DNA of 64,000 bases from Candidatus Versatilivorator sp. GTDB lineage: Bacteria > Acidobacteriota > Terriglobia > Versatilivoradales > Versatilivoraceae. Shown here piece by piece: positions 31,394 through 40,916 of the stretch. The stretch spans positions 32,001-96,000 of the forward strand of contig OZ242296.1 of NCBI GenBank assembly GCA_965207735.1, in the 5' to 3' direction. The position numbers and the translations under genes were made by a program. Position 1 is the stretch's first letter. Each line of letters opens with the position of its first letter. Under the pieces are notes generated by a model that did not search any database, was not told where the DNA came from, and saw nothing but the letters and a program-made list of their open reading frames with translations.

Positions 31394-32812
31394 TCAATTC
31401 CCGGCGAGCGCGGCCAGGAGCCTGGAGTGAATTCCGTCGAAGCCGCCGTTCGACATGATCACCACCTTGTCGCCCGTTTGAAGGCGGGGCGTGATCTGTT
31501 GGACGATCTCGCCGGCCGTGGGGAGGCAGTGAGCGTCCCGGCCCTGCTTCCTCAGGTCTCCCACCAACCGATCCAGGTCGAGCCGAAGTTCGGGGGCCAG
31601 CTTCTCGGGAGCGAAGATCGAGCACAATATTACGTGGTCGGCATCGGCGAAACAATGGGAAAATTCCTTCTGAAATACTCGGCGTCGGGCCGTAGCGGAT
31701 CGGGGTTCGAAAATGGCCCAAAGCCGGTTTTTGGGGAATTGGTTCCGGACGGCCGCCAGGGTGGCGGCTATGGCCGTGGGATGGTGGGCGAAATCGTCGA
31801 AAACGGTGATTCCTGCTGCTTTACCGCGGATCTCCAGACGCCGCTTCACGCTTTTGAAGGAAGCCAATCCCCGGGAAATGCATTCCCGGGACAGTCCCAG
31901 TCTCTGGGCGCAGGTCAGAGCCGCCAGCGCATTCCTGACGTTGAAACTTCCGGCGAGTGGAATCTCGAACCGACCCCAATCCTTGCCGTCCTGCAACGCC
32001 CGGAAGCGGGTGGACTGCTCCAAGAACCGGATGGAAGCAGCGGTCCATTGGGCAGCCGGATCCATCCCGAAAGAGACGACGTTGGTGGGCGCATCGGCGC
32101 TCAGGTTCCGAACCGTTTCATCGTCCCAGCCGGCGATCAATGCCCCCTTGGAGGGGATAATGTTCAGCAGCCGCCGGAAGCTTTGTTTGACGGCCGAAAA
32201 ATCGGGATAGATGTCGGCATGGTCGAACTCGCAGTTGTTGAAGATGACCATGTCGGGCAGGTAGTGCAGGAACTTGGGACCCTTGTCGAAGAAAGCGGTG
32301 TCGTACTCGTCTCCTTCGATCACAAAGTGCTCTCCATCGGCCACCCGAAAGCTGCTGTCGAAATTGCGGGCGATGCCTCCGATCAGAAACGATGGCCGCA
32401 GTCCGGCGGACTCCAGCAACCAGGTCAGCAGCGCCGCCGTGGTGGTCTTTCCGTGTGTTCCCGCCACCACCACCGAGGTTGTCCCGCGGATGAAGACTTC
32501 CTTGAGGGTCTCCGGCAGGGAGCGGTAGGGAATTTTCTCATCCAGAATCGCCTCCACTTCCGGATTGCCTCGGGAGACCGCGTTGCCGATCACTACCAGA
32601 TCGGGGCGGGGCCTGAGATGAGCTTCGGAAAATCCCTGCTGGATCGCGATCCCGCGATCCTGCAGGAAAGTGGACATGGGAGGGTAGATATTCCGGTCCG
32701 AGCCGGTGACGCGAAGCCCCTTTTGTTGGAGCATGCCCGCCACCGAGGCCATGGCCGTGCCGCAGATACCGACCAGGTGAATGTGTCTGACGCCGTGCAG
32801 AAAATCAACCAT
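31394..32812 (-). CDS. mpl: Murein peptide ligase
   Basis: GICGTAM, AGTHGKTTT, EGDEYDTAFFDK and DDFAHHPTAI. Confidence 0.95.
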   Translation of the reverse strand: MVDFLHGVRHIHLVGICGTAMASVAGMLQQKGLRVTGSDRNIYPPMSTFLQDRGIAIQQGFSEAHLRPRPDLVVIGNAVSRGNPEVEAILDEKIPYRSLPETLKEVFIRGTTSVVVAGTHGKTTTAALLTWLLESAGLRPSFLIGGIARNFDSSFRVADGEHFVIEGDEYDTAFFDKGPKFLHYLPDMVIFNNCEFDHADIYPDFSAVKQSFRRLLNIIPSKGALIAGWDDETVRNLSADAPTNVVSFGMDPAAQWTAASIRFLEQSTRFRALQDGKDWGRFEIPLAGSFNVRNALAALTCAQRLGLSRECISRGLASFKSVKRRLEIRGKAAGITVFDDFAHHPTAIAATLAAVRNQFPKNRLWAIFEPRSATARRRVFQKEFSHCFADADHVILCSIFAPEKLAPELRLDLDRLVGDLRKQGRDAHCLPTAGEIVQQITPRLQTGDKVVIMSNGGFDGIHSRLLAALAGN

Positions 32813-32884
32813 GGGCGGATCTCCCGAGCGGGGAGGCCAAACGGGCGCGGTATCCGATGCGGCTGAGAACAGGGGCGCCGGGAC

Positions 32885-33808
32885 TCATCTTTCCGCCACG
32901 GCTGCTTCCTCGAACTGGAGCCAACGCTGTCCGGCATCCAATCGAACATCCAGACCGAACGGCAGAGTCAGGCATCCGGTGCTGGTGTGCCCCGACGGCA
33001 GACCGTACCAGATGGGGACCTGGAATTCCTTCAAGAGGCCCGTGACGATTTCCGGGATGGCCGGCGCTTGCCCGGCCTGTCCGCAGTCGAACATTTCGCC
33101 GAAAATGAAGGCACGCACGCCCTGCAATTTCCCCGCCAGCTTGAGCTGCATCATCATCCGGTCCACCTGGTAGGGTTTTGCGTTGATGTCCTCCAGAAAA
33201 AGGATCCTGTCCTGAGACTGCAATTCATAGGGTGTGCCGAGAGAGGCGACCAGAAGCGACAGGCATCCCCCGGTCAACCGTCCACGAGCGGTTCCGGGTT
33301 GGAGGGTCAGGCTGCCGGGGGCGTGGAGCCTCCGGCCGGGCCGCGTTCCAGTCAGACAGTTCAGCAGGTTCTCGCGAACGTAGTAGGGCTCTCCCTGGGC
33401 CAACTCCTTGGCCACCATGGGGCCGTGGAAACAGACCAGGCCGCATTGGTTTTCCAGCAACTGCAGCAGGACGGTAACATCGCTGTAGCCCACAAAAATC
33501 TTGGGATGGGCTCGCAGGGTCTCCGGATCCAGCAATTCCAGCAGGTATTGGCATCCGTAGCCACCCCGTGCGCAAATGATCGCCTTGACCCCGGGATCGG
33601 TGAAGAGATTCATAAGCGACTCTGCCCGTTGCCGGTGGGAGCCCGCAAAGTAATGGTGCCTGGCAAAGAGGGAGTCGTCGTAACGGACCTGGAAGCCCAG
33701 TTTCCGGATCTCCGCGACTCCGCGCAGCAGGTCCTCGCGCCGGACACACCCTGAAGGGGCTGCAATTCCGACCGTGTCCCCGGGTTGAAGTGGGCTAGCT
33801 TTCCGCAT
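32885..33808 (-). CDS. LD-carboxypeptidase (S66)
   Basis: ARGGYG, GYSDVT, LFLED and SGH. Confidence 0.92.
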   Translation of the reverse strand: MRKASPLQPGDTVGIAAPSGCVRREDLLRGVAEIRKLGFQVRYDDSLFARHHYFAGSHRQRAESLMNLFTDPGVKAIICARGGYGCQYLLELLDPETLRAHPKIFVGYSDVTVLLQLLENQCGLVCFHGPMVAKELAQGEPYYVRENLLNCLTGTRPGRRLHAPGSLTLQPGTARGRLTGGCLSLLVASLGTPYELQSQDRILFLEDINAKPYQVDRMMMQLKLAGKLQGVRAFIFGEMFDCGQAGQAPAIPEIVTGLLKEFQVPIWYGLPSGHTSTGCLTLPFGLDVRLDAGQRWLQFEEAAVAER

Positions 33809-34196
33809 CGATCTGGCGGCGGAGGATCCCCGCCTCTCCAATTCGCTTCAGGATCAATTCTCCCATTTTGGGGTCGGGCCCCAACGGGGGGCTGAGGCGG
33901 ACCGTGACCCGGGGGTGTTTTTGGGCCACTTCCTCCAACATCCTTGGTATATCGGTAGTGGAGTGCCTGCCGGGACCCAGGAAGTAGGGTTGAACCACGA
34001 TCGCGTCCACACCGGCCGCCACACAGGTCTCGAATCCCTGTTGGATGGTGGGCTCCGCCAATTCCATATGGGCATGCTGGACAATCAGGAAACGGGATTT
34101 CGCCCGTATCATTGCGGCAACCTGGCGCACCACTCGATTGGCGTCGGGACGGCGGCTCCCATGGTCGATAATCAGAAGTCCTGTTTTGTCGGCCAT
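33795..34196 (-). CDS. CbiX/SirB-family chelatase (short form)
   Basis: DHGSR, HMELAEP and PYFLGPGRH. Confidence 0.9.
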   Translation of the reverse strand: MADKTGLLIIDHGSRRPDANRVVRQVAAMIRAKSRFLIVQHAHMELAEPTIQQGFETCVAAGVDAIVVQPYFLGPGRHSTTDIPRMLEEVAQKHPRVTVRLSPPLGPDPKMGELILKRIGEAGILRRQIDAES

Positions 34197-34197
34197 T

Positions 34198-35355
34198 TCA
34201 GGACCGATCCTTCAACACGGCCCGGGCGATGGTTTCGAGCTGCATGAACGAGGTCCCTTCATAGATCTTGCCGATCTTGGCATCGCGGAAAAATTTCTCG
34301 ACCGGGTAGTCTCTGGTATAGCCGTAGCCTCCAAAGATCTCGATCACTTCCGAGGCAATCCGCTCGGCCACCCTGGAGGCATAGTATTTGGCCATGGCCG
34401 CCTCCTTGAGGAACGGTATTCCGGCGTCCTTCATCCGGGCCGCGTTGTAGGTCAACAGGCGCGCCGCCTCCAGTTCGGTGGAGAGTTCGGCGATCTGGAA
34501 GCGTATGGCTTGAAATTTGGACAGGGATTGTCCGAACTGCTGCCGCTCCCTTACGTAGCGGGTTCCCTGTTCCAGCGCTCCGGCGGCCAGTCCGATCATC
34601 TGTGCGGCGATCCCGATTCTGCCTTCGTTGAGGGTTTCAATGGAAACCTTGTAACCCTTGCCGCGCTCTCCCAGAACATTCTCTTCGGGCACCCGACAAT
34701 GGTCCAACACCAGCTCGCAGGTGCTGCTGGCGCGGATACCCAGTTTTTCTTCCTTCTTGCCCACCGAAAATCCGGGGAAGTCCCTCTCGATGAGAAAGGC
34801 GGTGATTCCCCGATATCCCAGGTCGGGGTCAAGGGTTGCGAAAAGAATGAAGATGTCGGCCTCCACCGCGTTGGTGGTCCACAGCTTCTGGCCGCTCAGA
34901 AAATAGGCGCCGTCCTTTTCCACCGCCCGGGTCCGGAGCGCAAAGGCATCACTGCCGGCGGACGCCTCCGACAGCGCGTAGGCCCCCACCGAGCCAGTGG
35001 CCAAACGGGGAAGATAGCGGGATTTCTGCGTCTGGCTTCCCCAGTTCAGCAGGGCATTGTTGACCAGAGTATTCTGGACATCCACGATCACGGCGGCAGA
35101 GGGGTCCACCCGGGACAGTTCTTCCACCGCCAGGACGGACATGAAAAAGCTGCCCTCGGCTCCACCCCACTGCTGGGGAATCTGAATGCCCATCAGGTTC
35201 AATTCGAAAAATTGCCGCAGGAGCTGGGGGTCGAACTTCTCCCGGTCGTCCATTTCCTTGACACGGGGGCCGATCTCGGATTGGGCAAAGTCGCGAACGG
35301 CATCCCGGAACAACTCCTCCTCGGTCGTCAATTGGGTCAGGACTGGATTGTTCAT
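34198..35355 (-). CDS. Acyl-CoA dehydrogenase
   Basis: ALSEASAGSD, KLGIRASST and KIYEGT. Confidence 0.93.
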   Translation of the reverse strand: MNNPVLTQLTTEEELFRDAVRDFAQSEIGPRVKEMDDREKFDPQLLRQFFELNLMGIQIPQQWGGAEGSFFMSVLAVEELSRVDPSAAVIVDVQNTLVNNALLNWGSQTQKSRYLPRLATGSVGAYALSEASAGSDAFALRTRAVEKDGAYFLSGQKLWTTNAVEADIFILFATLDPDLGYRGITAFLIERDFPGFSVGKKEEKLGIRASSTCELVLDHCRVPEENVLGERGKGYKVSIETLNEGRIGIAAQMIGLAAGALEQGTRYVRERQQFGQSLSKFQAIRFQIAELSTELEAARLLTYNAARMKDAGIPFLKEAAMAKYYASRVAERIASEVIEIFGGYGYTRDYPVEKFFRDAKIGKIYEGTSFMQLETIARAVLKDRS

Positions 35356-35546
35356 GAGAGACAGCGGGGATTCCTGAATTCGAGTTCGGCCGGTTGGCCC
35401 GGGACAAGCCGGCATGGTCCCCGGGCTTCGGCAGTTCAGTTGGAAGGACGCGACCTCGGTCCGGGCGGCGGAACCCTCCAGGCGCCATTGACCCCGCAAT
35501 CGGAGACTGTCGACGCGGACCGTTTCCGTTTCGCCTCGGCCTTCGT

Positions 35547-36359
35547 TCAGACGGGCGGCGGCGCCCGGTGGCGGTGGAGGAAGTCCAGGGTCACGCGATT
35601 GAACTCTTCCGGCCGCTCGATGTTGTGCAGATGGCCGCCATCCCGAAAGATCACCAGCTCGCTGCCGGGTATGGCGGCGGCCACTTCTTGAGCATACATC
35701 GGGGGCAGGGCGAGATCAAAGCTTCCCACCGTGATCAGTGTAGGGACCTTAATCTCATGGAGACGCCCCAGGGCATCATGATCGAGATCCGCCTGGTACT
35801 GTTGCCTGAGCAGTTCGCGATCCGGGAGGTTGGAGACGATGTGTCGAATCTGTTGCTCCACCCGATCGGGATGGCGATGCATGGTTTCCGGCGTGATGAA
35901 CCACAACACGTTGATGGCGTAAAAGGAGGCAAGGTCCAATGTCTCCAGCAACTTGAGCTGAGCCTGGAATTTTCTTGCGGCGTATCCGTGAGCTCGCCCC
36001 CAGGTTCCATGCAGTTGCAGGGTCAGAACCAGATCGGGGTGATTCAAGGTCAATTCCTGGGCGATACAGGAACCCAAAGACAACCCCGAGACATGGGCCG
36101 GACCCAGTTCCAGGGACTGCAGTAGAGAGGCCGCATCCTCGGCCATGAGAGGGACACTCAACGGGACCGGGGGAGCCTCGGTCTTTCCCGTGCCGCGGTT
36201 ATCGAAGCGGATACAGTCGAATTCCTTCCGGTAGGCCTCCACCTGGGGGGTCCAGCAGGAGCTGTCAAGCCCGGTGCCCATGATGAGGATCAGAGGCGGT
36301 CCGTCTCCCTGGCGTTCATAGTGAAGGCGAACTCCCGTCGGAAGATTCAGAAAGGGCAT
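35547..36359 (-). CDS. Alpha/beta-fold hydrolase
   Basis: FDNRGTG, GLSLG and GGH. Confidence 0.88.
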   Translation of the reverse strand: MPFLNLPTGVRLHYERQGDGPPLILIMGTGLDSSCWTPQVEAYRKEFDCIRFDNRGTGKTEAPPVPLSVPLMAEDAASLLQSLELGPAHVSGLSLGSCIAQELTLNHPDLVLTLQLHGTWGRAHGYAARKFQAQLKLLETLDLASFYAINVLWFITPETMHRHPDRVEQQIRHIVSNLPDRELLRQQYQADLDHDALGRLHEIKVPTLITVGSFDLALPPMYAQEVAAAIPGSELVIFRDGGHLHNIERPEEFNRVTLDFLHRHRAPPPV

Positions 36360-36573
36360 GGTCGTGAGTGCCGATTCCCTAAAATCCGACATGTTAGCAC
36401 ACGGTCCGGGTGCCCTACCGCATGGACGGGTGCTGCCCGGCAACCCCACCGGCCCAGTCTATCGGCTTGCAAACGTTAACGCCGGCCGCCGTACTCGCGG
36501 CTTACTGAAACAACGCCTTGCGCCGAATGTCGGGAAACCGGTTCAAAGTCAAGCAGGGGCAGATGGTTTATTG

Positions 36574-36860
36574 ACATGGATGGACAGGATTTACGGGATT
36601 ATTTTGGAGGGAGGTTCCGCCGTCTTGAGTTCAGCAATCGCCTATGTTTCAACACCGATTCCCCAAACCGATCCCAGGCTCATGAATCACTTCCAACACC
36701 CACCCGATCATCGAGCGAGTCTGCTTCCTCTGCTTCCTGCGGCGCGGCGTCTCGTCCTGTTTATCCTGTCCATCCTGTAAATCCATGTTCAATATTATGA
36801 AGTAAGCCGGATTGACGGGACAGGGTCCTTGTTCCTGATAGGCCATGCAAGGTTCGTTGT
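36574..36860 (-). mobile_element. Internally deleted GxxExxY-like element relic
   Basis: IRs ACATGGATGGACAGGAT / ATCCTGTAAATCCATGT; TRSMIGWVLEVIHEPG and IAELKTAE fragments. Confidence 0.55.
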
Positions 36861-37108
36861 TTCACGCTCAAACAATCCGCACGGCAGGGTGGGGCTCGGT
36901 TGTGCAGGTTCTTCGTCTCAAGAGTGTGGCCGCAAGATGAGACATGGAGGCCGAGGCCCGGGGCCAGTTTGAAATTGCGCCCGCCAGGGGTTTGCGACTA
37001 AGATACCAGGCTCTTCCGGTGGCCGGTGGCCGGTGGCGCTGCAGGAAGAATTCAGCAGGAAGGTTCCCCGCACTCAGGATTGTCGAGGTCTCAGGAGCGG
37101 TTTCCACG

Positions 37109-37969
37109 ATGCCGAGTCGATTGATCACCGTAGCCCACAGTCCGGATTCGGATGACGCTTTCATGTTCTACGCCCTGGCGAAAAACCGGATCGACAGCGG
37201 CGAGTTCGAGTTCCGGCACGTCCTGAAGGACATCGAGACGCTGAATCGAAGCGCACTGGAGGGCCGTTACGAAGTCACGGCAATCTCCTTTCATGCCTAT
37301 GCCTTTTTGTGCGATCGATACAGCCTGCTGGACAGCGGGGCCAGCATGGGGGATCGCTATGGCCCCCTGGTAGTCTCCAAGAGACCCATGACGCCCGGCG
37401 AACTCAAGGGCAAGGTGCTTGCCATTCCAGGCACCATGACCTCCGCCTATCTGATCATGAGGCTTTTCCAGCCCGACTTCACCCCGGTGGTGGTTCCCTT
37501 CGACCGGATATTTGAGGCGGTGGCCGATGATCGTGCCGATGCCGGACTGATTATTCACGAGGGCCAATTGACCTATTCCAGTCTGGGCCTGCACGCCGTG
37601 ATCGACCTGGGGGAGTGGTGGCACCGGGAAACCGCCCTGCCGTTGCCCCTGGGCGGCAATGCCATCCGCAAGGATCTGGGACCGGCAGCCATTGGACGGA
37701 TCGCCCGGATCCTCAAGCAGAGTATTCAATATGGGCTGGACCATCGGGCTCAGGCACTGGACTACGCCATGAGCTTCGCCAGAGACATGGACCCGCGCCT
37801 GGCGGACCGATTCGTGGGCATGTACGTGAATCAGAGAACTCTTGGCTATGGCGCCGCCGAGCGGCGCGCGGTACGACTGCTATTGGACCGGGGTTACCGG
37901 GAGGGGGTTATCGACCGCCAGGTCGAGGTGGAATTCGCGGACCGGGATGGATCGGACGGGCAGAATTGA
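37109..37969 (+). CDS. mqnD: MqnD/MqnA-like menaquinone (futalosine pathway) protein
   Basis: AHSPDSDDAFMFYAL, IIHEGQLTY and LPLPLGGN. Confidence 0.85.
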   Translation: MPSRLITVAHSPDSDDAFMFYALAKNRIDSGEFEFRHVLKDIETLNRSALEGRYEVTAISFHAYAFLCDRYSLLDSGASMGDRYGPLVVSKRPMTPGELKGKVLAIPGTMTSAYLIMRLFQPDFTPVVVPFDRIFEAVADDRADAGLIIHEGQLTYSSLGLHAVIDLGEWWHRETALPLPLGGNAIRKDLGPAAIGRIARILKQSIQYGLDHRAQALDYAMSFARDMDPRLADRFVGMYVNQRTLGYGAAERRAVRLLLDRGYREGVIDRQVEVEFADRDGSDGQN

Positions 37970-37996
37970 ATCGGGCTTCCCACCAGCCTCCAAACG

Positions 37997-38026
37997 TTGA
38001 CAGGTTCGAAGAAGTCCCCTTATAAT
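37997..38026 (+). promoter_or_regulatory. Consensus sigma70 promoter of the rplU operon
   Basis: TTGACA-N18-TATAAT, 23 nt upstream of the rplU ATG. Confidence 0.75.
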
Positions 38027-38049
38027 CTCGGGCCACGGAACGAGGTGTC

Positions 38050-38376
38050 ATGTACGCAGTGATCCAAACCGCCGGCAAGCAGTATCGGGTGGCCCCTGGA
38101 GAGGTGGTCCGCCTTGACAAGATGGAAGAACAGGTGGGGGAACAGGTCGAATTCGACAAGGTGCTGGCCATTCAGGACGAGGAGCAGTACACCATCGGTC
38201 ATCCCACCGTTGACAAGGCCAGGGTTGTGGGGACGGTGGTCGAGACCGGCAGAGCCAAGAAGATCCGCGTCCTGAAATTCAAGCGTAGAAAACAGTATCG
38301 CGTCCTGCGGGGGCATCGCCAGGCGTTCACTGCCGTCAAGATCGACGCGATCCGCACCGGACCGCAAGAGGATTGA
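38050..38376 (+). CDS. rplU: 50S ribosomal protein L21
   Basis: [14 protein letters not shown]...GHRQ. Confidence 0.97.
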   Translation: MYAVIQTAGKQYRVAPGEVVRLDKMEEQVGEQVEFDKVLAIQDEEQYTIGHPTVDKARVVGTVVETGRAKKIRVLKFKRRKQYRVLRGHRQAFTAVKIDAIRTGPQED

Positions 38377-38389
38377 AGGAGGAGAACCC

Positions 38390-38650
38390 ATGGCCCACAA
38401 GAAGGGAGTGGGCAGTTCCCGAAATGGCCGCGATTCCAATGCCCAACGGCTTGGCGTCAAGCGATTCGACGGCCAGCAGGTCACGGGCGGATCCATATTG
38501 GTCCGTCAGCGTGGGACCAGAATCAAGCCGGGCGCCAATGTGGGTCTCGGAAAGGACGACACGCTCTTTGCCTGCATCGGTGGGCGGGTGAAGTTTGAAA
38601 ACAAAGGACGAAAAGGGCGGTTTGTCAGCATCTATCCCGCGGCTGAATAG
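38390..38650 (+). CDS. rpmA: 50S ribosomal protein L27
   Basis: [16 protein letters not shown]. Confidence 0.98.
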   Translation: MAHKKGVGSSRNGRDSNAQRLGVKRFDGQQVTGGSILVRQRGTRIKPGANVGLGKDDTLFACIGGRVKFENKGRKGRFVSIYPAAE

Positions 38651-38726
38651 AAAAACTCGATCCGGATGAATCCCCTGTAGTGGACTTTGGAGGTTCACGG
38701 CAGGGGATTTTGTTTTTGGAGTCGGG

Positions 38727-39755
38727 ATGTTTCTGGATGAGGCTTCCATCAGCGTCAGGGCCGGAGACGGCGGGGCCGGCTGTGTTGCCTTCCGCCGGGA
38801 AAAGTTCGTTCCCCGTGGAGGACCGAGCGGTGGCGACGGCGGACGCGGCGGGCACATTCATATGCAGGCCTCCATGCGCCACAACACGCTGATCCAGTAC
38901 CGATACAAGAGAGTATTTCGAGCGCGGCGGGGAACTCACGGTCTCGGAAGCAAATGCCACGGCAGGGACGCTCCGGATCTGACGCTCATGGTGCCGGTCG
39001 GCACCGTTGCTCGCGACGCCGGTAGCGGCGATCTGGTTCACGACTTCCTGGTTGCCGACGAAAAAGTTCTCCTGTGTCGGGGAGGCCGCGGAGGCAGGGG
39101 CAACGCGCAGTTCGCCAGCTCGGTGAACCAGGCGCCGAGGCGCTTCGAGTACGGCTTTCCCGGAGAGAGCCGCGAGTTCAAGCTGGAGCTGAAGCTCCTG
39201 GCCGACGTGGGACTGGTCGGCTTTCCCAACGTGGGAAAGTCCACTCTGATTTCGCGCCTTTCGGCTGCCCGGCCCAAGATCGCCAGCTACCCTTTCACGA
39301 CCCTGGAGCCGAACCTTGGCGTGGTCGAGCTGGAGGACTATCGAAGCTTTGTGGTTGCCGACATTCCCGGGTTGATTGCCGGAGCTCATCTCGGTCAGGG
39401 CCTCGGAATCCAGTTTCTGCGCCATATCGAACGGACCAAGGTGCTCTTGCATCTGGTGGACCTGGCGGGAGACCACGGCCGCGATCCGGTAGTCGACTAC
39501 GAGACCGTCAATCGGGAATTGGCCGCCTTCAATCCGGCAATGCTCCGGAAGCCGACCCTGGTAGTTGCCTCCAAGATCGATGCCATGGGCGACTCGACTG
39601 CCCTGGAGGTGCTGAGAAGGGCGGTGCAGGACCGCGGTCTGGACTGTCACTCCATTTCCGCGGTTACCGGCCAGGGTCTTGAGGCCCTCAAGTTCAAGAC
39701 CTGGGGAATGTTGGAGAGTCTGGCCGGGGAAACAGCGCCGGCCGCGGGCAACTAG
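38727..39755 (+). CDS. obgE: GTPase Obg
   Basis: Gly-rich Obg fold; GFPNVGKST and YPFTTLEP. Confidence 0.97.
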   Translation: MFLDEASISVRAGDGGAGCVAFRREKFVPRGGPSGGDGGRGGHIHMQASMRHNTLIQYRYKRVFRARRGTHGLGSKCHGRDAPDLTLMVPVGTVARDAGSGDLVHDFLVADEKVLLCRGGRGGRGNAQFASSVNQAPRRFEYGFPGESREFKLELKLLADVGLVGFPNVGKSTLISRLSAARPKIASYPFTTLEPNLGVVELEDYRSFVVADIPGLIAGAHLGQGLGIQFLRHIERTKVLLHLVDLAGDHGRDPVVDYETVNRELAAFNPAMLRKPTLVVASKIDAMGDSTALEVLRRAVQDRGLDCHSISAVTGQGLEALKFKTWGMLESLAGETAPAAGN

Positions 39756-39768
39756 CCCGCATTTCTCA
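39752..39768 (+). mobile_element. Solo IS1380 TIR fragment
   Basis: CTAG+CCCGCATTTCTCA fills the whole obgE-nadD spacer. Confidence 0.8.
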
Positions 39769-40454
39769 TGAATGACGGGATGGTTCGAGTCGGCTTGCTG
39801 GGAGGAACCTTCGACCCCATACACCGGGGTCATCTCCAGCTCGCTGAAGCCGCCCTCGGGGTGGCGGGTCTGGAGCGGGTCTACCTGGTGACGTCGGTGC
39901 GCCCGCCCCACAAGACTCGAAAGACCGAGGCCAATTTTCTTGACCGCCACGCCATGGTGGCTCTGGCCGCCTTGGGCCATCCCCGGCTGATTCCCTCCAG
40001 TCTGGAGTATGGCAGGGAGGGAAAATCCTACTCCGTGGACACCATTCGTCAGTTCAAGCAACGGCTTGGAGCAGCCTCGGAAGTCTTTTTTGTCCTGGGC
40101 ATCGATACCTTTCTGGACATTTCGAGTTGGAAAGATTTTGAGCGTCTGCCCCGACTCTGCCGGTTTCTTGTCTTTTCCCGCCCCGGATTCGATGACAGCC
40201 AACTGGCCCTGAGAATCCCCCGCGGATTTCTCGAGTCAGCCTGTGTGATCGACGAACGGAACCCGATATCTCTGGACCCGCATCGTCGCTGTTATTTGTA
40301 CCGTGAGTTCTCCAACGGTATCTCGTCTTCGGAAGTTCGGGAAAGGATTCGGCGCGGGCAGTCGGTGAATGAGATGCTGCCTCCAGCAGTGCTGGAATAT
40401 ATCGGGGAAAACCGTCTCTACGGAGGAAAGCGGAGAGTGGAGAGTGGAGAGTGA
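39768..40454 (+). CDS. nadD: Nicotinate-nucleotide adenylyltransferase
   Basis: GGTFDPIHRGH and ISSSEVR. Confidence 0.95.
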   Translation: MNDGMVRVGLLGGTFDPIHRGHLQLAEAALGVAGLERVYLVTSVRPPHKTRKTEANFLDRHAMVALAALGHPRLIPSSLEYGREGKSYSVDTIRQFKQRLGAASEVFFVLGIDTFLDISSWKDFERLPRLCRFLVFSRPGFDDSQLALRIPRGFLESACVIDERNPISLDPHRRCYLYREFSNGISSSEVRERIRRGQSVNEMLPPAVLEYIGENRLYGGKRRVESGE

Positions 40455-40473
40455 AGAGTGGAGAGTGGAGATT
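40432..40473 (+). repeat. Heptamer tandem repeat (GGAGAGT) x6
   Basis: Read directly; contains the nadD stop. Confidence 0.9.
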
Positions 40474-40880
40474 CTGACACGAGGCCTTTCTTGACAATAG
40501 ACGATTCTCACCTCAGGCATGCGTTTGAAGCCGCCCGGGACAAAAAGGCGCACGATCTCATTGTTCTGGATCTCAAGGAGATGACGGCCTTTACCGATCA
40601 CTTCATCGTTTGCTCGGGCAATTCGGCGCCCCAGATCCAGGCGATTTCCAACGAGATTGAAATCAGACTGAAGAAAGTCGGGAAAACCCCCGACCATATT
40701 GAGGGCTACCGGCAGGCACAGTGGATCCTGATGGACTATTCCGAGTTCGTCGTCCATATTTTTTCTCCGGACAGGCGATCCCACTATAACCTGGAGCGCC
40801 TGTGGCGCGGCGCCAGGAGGATTGACGACTCCGCCTCCTCCGCAAGCGCACCTCCCGGTTCGCTGTCTGAAATTTCCTGA
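40458..40880 (+). CDS. rsfS: Ribosome silencing factor RsfS (start uncertain, possibly TTG 40491)
   Basis: DKKA..LDL..TDHFIVCSG, WILMDY and YNLERLW. Confidence 0.93.
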   Translation: MESGDSDTRPFLTIDDSHLRHAFEAARDKKAHDLIVLDLKEMTAFTDHFIVCSGNSAPQIQAISNEIEIRLKKVGKTPDHIEGYRQAQWILMDYSEFVVHIFSPDRRSHYNLERLWRGARRIDDSASSASAPPGSLSEIS

Positions 40881-40916
40881 GTAGTGAACGGCCTCCGGGG
40901 AGCTTCCGAGGCTTAA

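Noticed and set aside
40432-40473. CRISPR-like array (also checked 48660-48786 and 62185-62218)
   Set aside because: Either tandem 7-mers without spacers or only two repeat copies; no cas genes
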